The notes below the pieces were generated by a model. It did not search any database and had not been told where the DNA came from. It worked only from the letters and a program-made list of their open reading frames with translations. 64,000 bases of DNA from an uncultured delta proteobacterium (GTDB taxonomy: Bacteria > Desulfobacterota > Binatia > DP-6), in the NCBI GenBank assembly GCA_963815115.1, contig CAWFFN010000008.1, forward strand, positions 128,001 to 192,000, in the 5' to 3' direction. Positions 42,487 to 51,036 of this stretch are shown here, piece by piece. Position 1 is the stretch's first letter. Every line of letters begins with the position of its first letter. The position numbers and the translations under genes are program-made.

Positions 42487-43482
42487 CTACGCGGGGCGTC
42501 TCGCGGCGACGGACGTCCGGATGGCGCGCGCCAGGAGATAGCCGAGTCCCGGCATGACCCAGAGGAGCTCCCGCAGCCGGACCGCGAGTCCGACCGCGAA
42601 GCCCACGTCGGCGGGGTATCCCAGCATGGAGAACAGCCAGAGCTGGCTCCCCTCGAGCACCCCGATGCCGGCGGGGACCGGCATCGAGTGCACCGCCCCG
42701 GTGGCGAAGATCGCCGCCACCACGGCCAGCGGACCCGAGGGCAACCCGAACGCCGACAGCAGGAGCCAGTACTCCAGCAGGACGAGCAGGTGGCCCGCCA
42801 CGCCGAGCGCGAAGGCCAGTCCCACGCGGCGCGGCTGCGCGGCCAGGGCCACCACGTCGCCCTCCGCGGCCCCGATCGTTCCCATGCGCGCACGGATCGG
42901 CCCGAACCGATCGAGCCCGAAGCCGCTCGCGACCGCGGTCACCACTCCCTCACCCCGTCGCAGGCGCCGGATCATGAACCCGACGCCGACGACCAGCCCG
43001 ACCGCGGCCGCACACAGCGTGAAGGCGGCCCCGCGCAGCGCCGGCACCCCCTGCTGCACCAGGACGCTGCCGAAGACGGCGGCGAAGACCGAGCCGCTTC
43101 CCATGTCGAGGGTGCGGTCGACGGCGACGCTGGCGATCGCCTGCGGCGTCGGGACCCCGTGCTGGGCGGCGAGATAGGCGCGCAGGGGCTCGCCGCCCAT
43201 CCGCCCGCTCGGGATCAGCGTCGACAGGCTGTGCCCCGCGGCCCGGCAGGCCATGAGGGTGCCGAGGGCCACGTGCGACCCGAGCGCCGTCAGCAGCACA
43301 CCCCAGCGCCGGCCGCAGGTCGCGAACTCCGCCGCGATGACGAGCACGAACGCCGCCAGCAGCGGCGCCGACGGCGCCCGCGCGAGCAGTGACAGGGCGG
43401 GCTCACCGTAGCGGTGCAGCGCCCACGCGAGCGCGGCGGTGCCCACCACCAGATTGGTTCCGAGGACGACGGTGGCGCGCAC
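42487..43482 (-). CDS. Lysylphosphatidylglycerol synthase TM domain (UPF0104, flippase-like) protein
   Basis: RRWGVLL, PSGRMGGEPLRAY, SVAVDR, PAGIGVLE. Confidence 0.85.
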   Translation of the reverse strand: MRATVVLGTNLVVGTAALAWALHRYGEPALSLLARAPSAPLLAAFVLVIAAEFATCGRRWGVLLTALGSHVALGTLMACRAAGHSLSTLIPSGRMGGEPLRAYLAAQHGVPTPQAIASVAVDRTLDMGSGSVFAAVFGSVLVQQGVPALRGAAFTLCAAAVGLVVGVGFMIRRLRRGEGVVTAVASGFGLDRFGPIRARMGTIGAAEGDVVALAAQPRRVGLAFALGVAGHLLVLLEYWLLLSAFGLPSGPLAVVAAIFATGAVHSMPVPAGIGVLEGSQLWLFSMLGYPADVGFAVGLAVRLRELLWVMPGLGYLLARAIRTSVAARRPA

Positions 43483-43495
43483 GCCGGGCGCGGCC

Positions 43496-44667
43496 TCAGG
43501 ACGAGCCGGCGGGCTCGAAGCAGTCGATCGTCGCGCCGGCCTCGAGGTACTCGCCCAGGATCGCCTCGATGGGCCGGTGGTCGAGGACCTCGAACTGGCT
43601 CGCCTCGAGGTCGAAGCGCGCGCCGCTCTCGGTGTACGGCGCGACGCCCGGAGAGCCGGGCGTGAGGACCCCGATCACCGGCACGAGCCGCCGTTGCATG
43701 CGTGCGGGCTCGCGCGTCGAGATCACCACCTTGGCCCGCGGTGCGGCGAGCGCCAGGACGGTGACCAGGCGGCACAGCCGATCGTCGTCGACGCCGGCGG
43801 GATACGGCGTCCCGCTCGCCCGGCGCAGCCGCGGCAAGCTGACGTAGACCTCCATGCCGCGCGCCTCGAGGTGGCGGACGTGCGCGAGCAGGGCGAGCAG
43901 CTCCCAGGCGACGTCGGAGTTGAGGCCGAGGAGCACTCCGGGGTTCGCCACCCACATGCCGGCATCGCAGGCGCGATCGAAGTTCAGGAGCCGCCGCGCG
44001 TAGTCGCTGCGGGGGTTCTCCGGGTCCGTGCCCATGAAGCGTCCGTAGACCTCCGGCTGGTAGGTCTCCTGGAAGGTGCACATGGTGAGGCGCGGCGCGA
44101 CGCGGCCGTCCCCGATCCTGCGCGACCCCGTCGAGGAGGAGGTCGTAGTCGGGGGCGTCGAGCGAGCCGATGTTGACCAGGACGTGGCGGAAGCCGCGCG
44201 CCAGCGCCGCCCGCAGCGCCGCCGCGGCGCGCTCGATCATCGCCTGCCGTCGTGCGCCGTGGCGGTACTCGCCGCTCAGGATGGCCACGGCGCGCAAGCC
44301 ACGACGATGGAGAATGTCGAGCTGGGATTCCACCGTGGTCTCGTCCGCCGACTCCCGGACCAGCTCGGCATTGGAGCGCCGCATGCCGCACATCAGGCAC
44401 GCCGCGTCGCACTCGTTGGTGATGTAGAGCGGAGAGAAGGTCTCGAAGCGGAGGCGATCGTCGCTGCGTCGCGCACGGGCGAGCGCGATCAGCTCGTCGG
44501 TGCCGACGTCGGTCGGCGAGGAACAGCGTCGCGGCCGCCTCGTCATCGAGCGTCGCTCCCGCGCGCGCGAGGTCGGCGATCGCCCTGCCCTCTCCTGCCT
44601 CGGCACGCGCGGTCGCGCGTGCGCGCATCGCGCCGAGCGTCTCGGTCTCGAGGCGGAACCAGGCCAT
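43496..44667 (-). CDS. NosL-like radical SAM aromatic amino acid lyase (3-methyl-2-indolic acid synthase family); two apparent frameshifts (~44510, ~44115)
   Basis: ETFSPLYITNECDAACLMCGMRRSN, LSGEY, NIGSLD, TMCTFQETY, NPGVLLGL, SLPRLR, ISTREP, PGSPGVAPY, SQF, matching recalled NosL/NocL motifs in order. Confidence 0.8.
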
Positions 44668-44682
44668 GGCGGCGGACGTATA

Positions 44683-46078
44683 TCAGCGCGTTCGCGAGCG
44701 CTCCAGGGTGCGGGCGAGACGCCGCCGCCGCGCGGCCGTGCGGAACGTCCGTCCGAGCCAGCGCCAGGTCTCGCCCGCCGTGGGCCGCGGCCACTCGATC
44801 ATCCCCTGCATCAGCGTGAGCACGTGACGCCCGGGCCGCGTCCAGTCGCTCAGCACGATCGGCTTGTAGACGTGCGGACTGCGTCCGAGGAGCTCGACGT
44901 CGAGCAGCTCGTCACGCGGCACGGTCTCGATCTCGACGGGCAGGTCGCCGAGTGCCGCATGCAGCGCCGCCGAGGCCTCGGCGGTGGCGCTGCGGCCATC
45001 CGTCTCGACGCGCACCAGGAGCCGATCCGGCAGCACGACGGCGAGGAAAACGGCGCTGTCGAGCGCGTCCGCCGCCGCGGCCGCGGCGTCCACGAGCAGG
45101 TGCGCGTGCAGGCGCCGGCCCGCCAGCGTCACGACCTCACCGGCCCGGCCGAGGACCACGATGCCCGGCCGCGTGTCGCCGCAGGCGCACGGGGGCAGTC
45201 GCCGTACCACGTCGCCCGTGTCGAGCCGGATGAGCGGGCTGCCCTCGACGCCGAGGGTGGTCACGACGAGTCGGCCCTCGTCGCCGTCAGCCGACCGGAC
45301 TCCCCGTCGCGTCGAGCACCTCGCAGTACGCCAGGGAGGTCTCGAGATGCAGGGTCCCGGCCGGGCAGGAGGTACCGAGCAGCATGGTCTCGGTCGAGCC
45401 GTAGAGCTCGATCACCTCGACGTTCCAGGTCCGGGCGAGGCGCCGCCTGAGGGCCGGCGGAAGCGCGGACCCGCCGAGGAGAAAGGTGTCGAAGGCAAGC
45501 TCCCGGCGCACGTCGAGGCCGCGGCCGCGCGCGATCTCGCCGAGCACGACCGGCTCGAGGGGGAGACCGGCGAGCACCTGCGCGCCGGTGCGGTGTGCCA
45601 GCTCGAGCGCGCGGGGAAAGGGCACGTCCCAGTTGATGTTCCCCGCGGGGATCGACACGCCGCCGCCCTGCTGCGCGACGAGCTGGATCAGGTGCGCGGG
45701 AGCGGCCATGAACGGGAACCGGTTCAGGATGATGCGGCCCGGAGCGAAGACCGTCGGGTGCGCGGCGCGCAGTGCGCGCGCGTCACGCTCGAAGTCCGCG
45801 GTGGTGAGCCAGGTCGAGTTGGTGCCGCCGCTGGTCCCCGACGATTCACCGTAGTGCGCGACCTCGCCGAGCGGCACGGCGCGCGTGCCGTGCGGGCCGA
45901 CCCGTTGCAGATCGGCGCGCGTGGTGATCGGCAGGGCACGCAAGTCCTCCAGGGACCGGAGGCGTACGGTGGCGAGGCGCTCGGCGTAGAGGATGCTGCC
46001 CCGGGCACGATCGATGGTGGCCTCGAGAGCGGTCAGATCGCCCTCGGCCGCCGCCTGCGTGGAGAGGACCTGCGACAC
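44683..46078 (-). CDS. Phenylacetate-CoA ligase (PaaK)-family ANL adenylating enzyme; one apparent frameshift near 45290
   Basis: LPITTRADL, ESSGTSG, ELYGSTE, LVVTTL...PLIRLDTGD, CACG, LGR. Confidence 0.85.
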
Positions 46079-46156
46079 TGCCGCCGCCAGCCTGTGTCGG
46101 ATGCGAGCCGCGAGTCAAGGACGAGATTGACTCCCGCGGGCGCCGCGACTACAGGG

Positions 46157-46324
46157 CGAGCCGAGACTCCGACTCGGCTCGGGACGCGGAGCGAGAATGA
46201 AGCGCGATGACCCGTGCGCACGTCGTACCCGCGCCGGCTTCGCCGGCCGCGGCATGGCGTGCGCGCGATCCACCGACCGCCACGTCCTCGCCCCGCTTTC
46301 GACCCGAGACGGAGTCTCCCGTCG
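46157..46324. repeat. REP-like palindromic repeat cluster, copy A
   Basis: Hairpins CGAGCCGAG-N7-CTCGGCTCG (46157-46181) and CGACCCGAGAC-GGA-GTCTCCCGTCG (46300-46324); 31-mer 46229-46259 is the exact reverse complement of 53347-53377. Confidence 0.7.
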
Positions 46325-48029
46325 CGCCCCCTGGCGTATCGCGTGCGTCCCGGGCGTGCTCGCGCTGCTGCTCGCCGCCCCGAATCTGGCGGCGGCCGGC
46401 TCCTGGGAGGTGACGCGCAAGACCGTCATCGACCCGCTCAACTCGGAGCTCCACCGCCATCTTCCCACCTTCGTCCGCCAGCGCGACCTGGACGGCATCA
46501 TCGGGCTCTACGCGGTGGACACGGGCGGCGGGCTCACCTGGGACGGCGCGCAGCCGGCCTACCCCGAGCGCGAGGAGCGGATGCTGCGCTGGGCCGGTCC
46601 CGCGGGTGCCGAGCGGATCAAGGAGCGCTGGGAGCACCTCCTCGCCCTCCTCCCGACCATCGAGAAGGCGGAGCTGCGCATCGGGCGGGTCGGCTGGCGC
46701 GACGCCGACGAGCGCGGCTACCCCGCGGGCGTCCGTCTCCTGGTGCGCGGGACCTGCGCCGATGGCGCCCGCTGTCAGCTCGACCAGCACATGACGCTGC
46801 GGGTGCGAGCCGAGGGCAACCGCTGGGTGATCACCAACGAGGACGTCACGGCACGCGAGCTGGTCTCCCGCATCGACCCGCGCTTCGCGCTCGTCACCGA
46901 GGCTGCCGGGATCGCGAACGTCCACGCGAGCGGGCCGTCGCCCGCCTTCCAGCTCTTCGGCGGCGCCGACCAGAGCCCGGTGCAGGCCAGCGGCGGCAGC
47001 GCCGTCGCCGACGTCGACGGCGACGGCTGCGAGGACGTCCTCCTCGCCGGATCGCCGGAGGCGGCGCTCTACCACAACAACTGCGACGGCACCTTCACCG
47101 ACGTGACCGCCGCGTCCGGCCTGCCCCGTCCCTATCCCGCCGCCGCCACCGGCGTCGTGTTCTTCGACTACGACGACGACGGCGACCCCGATCTCTTCGT
47201 CGCCGCGGTCGTGGGTGGCGACCGCCTGTTCCGCAACGACGGCGGCGGCCACTTCACGGAGGTCACGGCGGCGGCCGCCATCCCGGCGTCGCGCTGGACG
47301 AGCATGCCCGCCGTGGCCGACTACGACCGTGACGGCTTCCTGGACCTCTACCTGGTGCACATGGGCGATCACGAGAAGACCGTTCCCGAGCCGAGCTACG
47401 CCGCCCGCAACGGCGTCCGGAGCGTGCTGCTGCACAACGAGCGCAACGGCACCTTCCGCGACGTCACCGCACACGCGGGCGTCGGCTTCCACGGCTGGGG
47501 CCTCGCGGGCGCCTGGGGGGACTACGACGGGGATGGCTGGCCCGATCTCTACGTCGCCAACGAGTTCGGCTCGAACGCGCTCTATCGCAACCGCCACGAC
47601 GGCACCTTCGAGGAGGTCGCGGCGCGCGCCGGCGTGACCGACGGCGGCGCGGGCATGAGCGTCGCGTGGGGCGACTACGACGGCGACGGCGACCTCGACC
47701 TCTACGTCTCGAACATGCACGCCAACTCGGGCTGGGCGCTGTTCCATCCCGACTTCCCCCTGCCCATTCCCACCGCCTTCCGCGTGCTCGGGCTCCTCAC
47801 GTCCGAGGTGCGACGGCGAGGCGAGGCGATCACCGATCGGCTGCTGCGCGGCAGCACCCTGTTCCGCAACGACGGCGGCGGTCGCTTCACCGACGTCAGC
47901 GACGCCGCCGGCGTGCGCGACGCGCAATGGGGCTGGTCGGCGGAGTTCCTGGACTACGACAACGACGGCACCCTGGACATCTACGCCACCAACGGGTTCA
48001 TCTCCGGACCGATCCTGGACGATGTGTGA
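46197..48029 (+). CDS. FG-GAP/VCBS repeat (CRTAC1-like) secreted protein, N-terminal part up to an in-frame TGA
   Basis: Repeated DxDxDGxxD Ca-binding loops with LFRN.G.G.F.DV; hydrophobic signal VLALLLAAP; true start uncertain (may be downstream of the repeat). Confidence 0.88.
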   Translation: MKRDDPCARRTRAGFAGRGMACARSTDRHVLAPLSTRDGVSRRAPWRIACVPGVLALLLAAPNLAAAGSWEVTRKTVIDPLNSELHRHLPTFVRQRDLDGIIGLYAVDTGGGLTWDGAQPAYPEREERMLRWAGPAGAERIKERWEHLLALLPTIEKAELRIGRVGWRDADERGYPAGVRLLVRGTCADGARCQLDQHMTLRVRAEGNRWVITNEDVTARELVSRIDPRFALVTEAAGIANVHASGPSPAFQLFGGADQSPVQASGGSAVADVDGDGCEDVLLAGSPEAALYHNNCDGTFTDVTAASGLPRPYPAAATGVVFFDYDDDGDPDLFVAAVVGGDRLFRNDGGGHFTEVTAAAAIPASRWTSMPAVADYDRDGFLDLYLVHMGDHEKTVPEPSYAARNGVRSVLLHNERNGTFRDVTAHAGVGFHGWGLAGAWGDYDGDGWPDLYVANEFGSNALYRNRHDGTFEEVAARAGVTDGGAGMSVAWGDYDGDGDLDLYVSNMHANSGWALFHPDFPLPIPTAFRVLGLLTSEVRRRGEAITDRLLRGSTLFRNDGGGRFTDVSDAAGVRDAQWGWSAEFLDYDNDGTLDIYATNGFISGPILDDV

Positions 48030-48596
48030 ATGGACATGTTCGAGGGCGTCGGTCGACGCTCAGAGCACAGCACCGGGCGGTTCCTCAACATCGGCCAGCA
48101 CAGCCTGAACGGCTACGAGCGCAAGGTGCTCTTCCGCAACAACGGCGACGGCACCTTCACCGACGTGGCCTACGTCAACGCCGCCGACCGCGTCGAGGAC
48201 GGCCGCGGCCTCTCGATCGCCGACCTCGATCGCGACGGCGAGCTCGACCTCGTGCTCCGCAACTACCACCAGCCCGCCCAGGTCCTGCGCAACCAGGGCG
48301 GGCCGGCGCACTGGCTGCAGCTCGTGCTCGTCGGCACGCGCTCGAACCGCGATGCCGTGGGCGCACGGGTTCGGCTCCGCACCGGGCAGCACTGGCAGAC
48401 CCGTGAGGTCCATGCCGGCTCCGCCTACCTGTCCCAGCAGAGCCTGGTGCAGCACTTCGGCCTCGGTGACGCGCGGCGGGCCGACGAGGTGCAGATCGCG
48501 TGGCCGTCCGGCGCGCGCAGCACGCTCGGCCCGCTCGATGGCGATCGCCGGTGGCGGGTCGTCGAGGACGGCGGCGTGGAGCCCGTCGGTCGCTAG
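48030..48596 (+). CDS. ASPIC/UnbV C-terminal part, in frame with and directly abutting the upstream ORF
   Basis: SLNGYERKVLFRN, DGRGLSIADLDRDGELD, SNRDAVGARV, YLSQ...HFGLG, WPSG. Confidence 0.88.
   Translation: MDMFEGVGRRSEHSTGRFLNIGQHSLNGYERKVLFRNNGDGTFTDVAYVNAADRVEDGRGLSIADLDRDGELDLVLRNYHQPAQVLRNQGGPAHWLQLVLVGTRSNRDAVGARVRLRTGQHWQTREVHAGSAYLSQQSLVQHFGLGDARRADEVQIAWPSGARSTLGPLDGDRRWRVVEDGGVEPVGR
48037..48067 (+). promoter_or_regulatory. Candidate bacterial SECIS element
   Basis: TGTTC/GAGCA lower stem, GGGCGTC/GACGCTC upper stem, GGTC apical loop starting 21 nt after TGA 48027-48029. Confidence 0.55.
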
Positions 48597-48639
48597 CGGA
48601 TGCACGGCGGCTGCCTCGCGCCGATCGGACGAAATGGCG

Positions 48640-48668
48640 TTGACACCCTCCGGTGCCGCCGCCATCAT
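48640..48668 (+). promoter_or_regulatory. Putative sigma70 promoter of radical SAM gene #3
   Basis: TTGACA, 17 bp, CATCAT; 14 bp upstream of ATG 48683. Confidence 0.5.
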
Positions 48669-48682
48669 CGCGCGGCCGCACG

Positions 48683-50044
48683 ATGCGCATCCACCTGATC
48701 TCGCCGACGCACTACCTGCCCGACGGGCGCCTCCACAAGACGACGCGCTACTGGACGAGCGGTACCACGCTGCCGTACCTGAAGGCGCTCACGCCGCCGG
48801 GGCACGAGGTCTCGTTCACCGACGAGCTGATGCGCGACCTCGACGTCGAAGGCATCGCGCGCGACGCCGACGTGGTCGGGCTCACCGCCATGGGGCCGCA
48901 GATCCGCCGCGCCTACGACCTGGCGGACGATTTCCGCGCCCGCGGCAAGCGCGTCGTGCTCGGCGGGACCTGGGTGACGCTCACCCCCGAGGAGTCGCTG
49001 CGCCATGCCGACGCGGTGGTCGCCGGCGAGGCCGAGGAGGTCTGGCCGCGGGTGCTCGCCGATCTCGCGGCTGGCCGCACCGGAAGCATCTATCGCGCCG
49101 CCCGCTGGCACGACCTGCGCGGCCTGCCCGCGATCGATCCCTGGACGCTGCCGCTCTTGAAGGCCGACGCCTTCCGGCGCAGCTGGCTCTACCGCATGTA
49201 CTTCTTCTGGCCGGTCTTCTTCTCCCGCGGCTGCCCGCATCCCTGCGAGTACTGCGCGGTGCAGACGTACTACCAGCGCACCTTCCGCACGCGCCCGGTT
49301 GACGAGTTCGTCGCCGACGTGCAGCGGATGACCGCCTTCGGCGCCCGGCGCTTTCTCTTCATGGACGACAATCCCTTCGCGCACCCCGAGGCCGCGAAGG
49401 AGATGCTGCGCGCCCTCGTCCCCCTCCGCATCCAGTGGGTGAGTCAGGCCACCATCAACGTGGCGCGCGACCCCGAGCTGCTCGATCTGGTGGCGCGTTC
49501 CGGCGCGCGCGTGCTCTCCATCGGCTTCGAGAGCCTGTCCGAGGAGAGCCTGGCGTCGGTCTCGAAGCAGTTCAATCGCCCGAGCCGCTTCAAGGACGAT
49601 CTCGCCCGGCTGCGCGCGCGCGGCATCCAGGTGATCGCGCTGCTCATGGTCGGACTGGACGGCGACACGCTCGAGACCTTCCCCGGCATGCTGCGCTGGC
49701 TCGACGACAACAAGATCAGCTTCCTGAAGCTGTTCACGCCGGCGCCCTATCCCGGCACGAAATTCCATGCCGACATGGACGCCGCCGGCCGGCTTCTCGG
49801 CGCCGACTGGGGCCGCTACGACTACGGCAGCCCGAACGTACGCCCGCTGCACATGACCACGGACGAGATGCTCGACGGCTTCCGCTCCGTCTACTCGGGC
49901 TTCTACTCCGTGCGGAGCATGCTGCGGCGATTCGTGCCGCCGCCACGACGCCACCTCCTCGAGTCGCTCGCGATGCTGGTCGCGAACGCCAAGGTGCACG
50001 GCTATCTCCGGCGCAACCCCGAAGCCTGGGGCACCATCTCGTAA
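48683..50044 (+). CDS. Cobalamin-binding radical SAM protein #3
   Basis: VGLTAM, VLGG, GEAE, SRGCPHPCEYC, FMDDN, IGFES, PYPGT. Confidence 0.9.
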   Translation: MRIHLISPTHYLPDGRLHKTTRYWTSGTTLPYLKALTPPGHEVSFTDELMRDLDVEGIARDADVVGLTAMGPQIRRAYDLADDFRARGKRVVLGGTWVTLTPEESLRHADAVVAGEAEEVWPRVLADLAAGRTGSIYRAARWHDLRGLPAIDPWTLPLLKADAFRRSWLYRMYFFWPVFFSRGCPHPCEYCAVQTYYQRTFRTRPVDEFVADVQRMTAFGARRFLFMDDNPFAHPEAAKEMLRALVPLRIQWVSQATINVARDPELLDLVARSGARVLSIGFESLSEESLASVSKQFNRPSRFKDDLARLRARGIQVIALLMVGLDGDTLETFPGMLRWLDDNKISFLKLFTPAPYPGTKFHADMDAAGRLLGADWGRYDYGSPNVRPLHMTTDEMLDGFRSVYSGFYSVRSMLRRFVPPPRRHLLESLAMLVANAKVHGYLRRNPEAWGTIS

Positions 50045-50958
50045 GCGGCCGCGCCCTCCTCGACGGCGGCAGCCGTCTCGCCCCAGACCTCCTCGAACAT
50101 GAGCCACTGCGACGGGCGCTCGCGCACGATCCCCTCGTAGAGCCGGACGGTCGCGACCAGCGCCGCGACGCTGTCGGCCGGCGTGCGCGGATCGAAGCGG
50201 GCCGCGACACGCAGCTCGTAGCGCCGGATGCCGGTGCGCACGGCGAACACCGGCACGATGGGCGCGCGCGCGACCCGCGCCACCGCGAAGGGGCCGAGCT
50301 GGAACCGCGTCGGCCGGCCGCAGAAGTCTACCTCGTGGCTGCCGCGCTTGGGCCCCCACGGCTCGATCTGCATGCCGACGATCTCGTGGCGGCGGAGCGC
50401 GTGCAACGCGGGCAGGCCGGCGAACAGCGAGCGGTCCGAGTAGAGCACGGTGAACCCGTGCCGCGTCCGCATCGAGTGCAGGAAGTCGTGCACCGTGGGG
50501 TTCTGCTCGTGCGCCGTCACCAGGTTGACCGGGCGACCGAGCCGGTTGAGGACGCGCGCCCCGATCTCCCAGGAGCCGAAGTGGCCGGTGAGCACGACCA
50601 GGCCGCGGCCCTCCGCCAGGGCGCTCTCGAAGAGCTCGCGCCCGTCGATGGTGAGCTCGACCGGGCGCGGATGAGGGCCCCATTGCTCCATCCCCTCTGT
50701 CATGGAGCGGGCGAGCTCGGCGAAGACGCGGTAGGCGTCCCAGCGCTCGCGGAGCCAGCTCCGCGGTCCCTGGACCTGGCGCTGGTTGTGGAGGACGCTC
50801 TCGCGCCGCGACCGGGCGACGCCGAAGAGGATGGCCGCGATCGCCGGCGGCGCGCCGCGCTTCCACCACTCCGGGCCATAGACGCAACCCAGTTCCGCGA
50901 AGCGGCGCCACGCCCCGCCGTCGAAGCGCAAGGCGGCTCGAAGGCGCCCCGGGTCCAT
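50002..50958 (-). CDS. Lysophospholipid/lipid A lauroyl-type acyltransferase, paralog 2
   Basis: TGHFGSWE, DFCGRPTRF, RERPSQWL. Confidence 0.87.
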   Translation of the reverse strand: MDPGRLRAALRFDGGAWRRFAELGCVYGPEWWKRGAPPAIAAILFGVARSRRESVLHNQRQVQGPRSWLRERWDAYRVFAELARSMTEGMEQWGPHPRPVELTIDGRELFESALAEGRGLVVLTGHFGSWEIGARVLNRLGRPVNLVTAHEQNPTVHDFLHSMRTRHGFTVLYSDRSLFAGLPALHALRRHEIVGMQIEPWGPKRGSHEVDFCGRPTRFQLGPFAVARVARAPIVPVFAVRTGIRRYELRVAARFDPRTPADSVAALVATVRLYEGIVRERPSQWLMFEEVWGETAAAVEEGAAAYEMVPQASGLRRR

Positions 50959-51036
50959 CCGGCTGACTTATCGGAGCGCTGGAGGCGCCTCAAGATACGT
51001 TGTCACGGGGCGCGAAGCGGCGTAGGGCTCTCCCCC

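Noticed and set aside
43496-44667. ThiH/HydG or a thiopeptide cluster
   Set aside because: No thi or hyd genes and no RiPP machinery are in the window, there is no HydG C-terminal second-cluster motif, and the motifs fit NosL better.
46980-48260. Recurring GACTACGAC…GACGGC DNA motifs resembling an array
   Set aside because: These are coding FG-GAP repeats, degenerate and in frame; they are not a CRISPR array.
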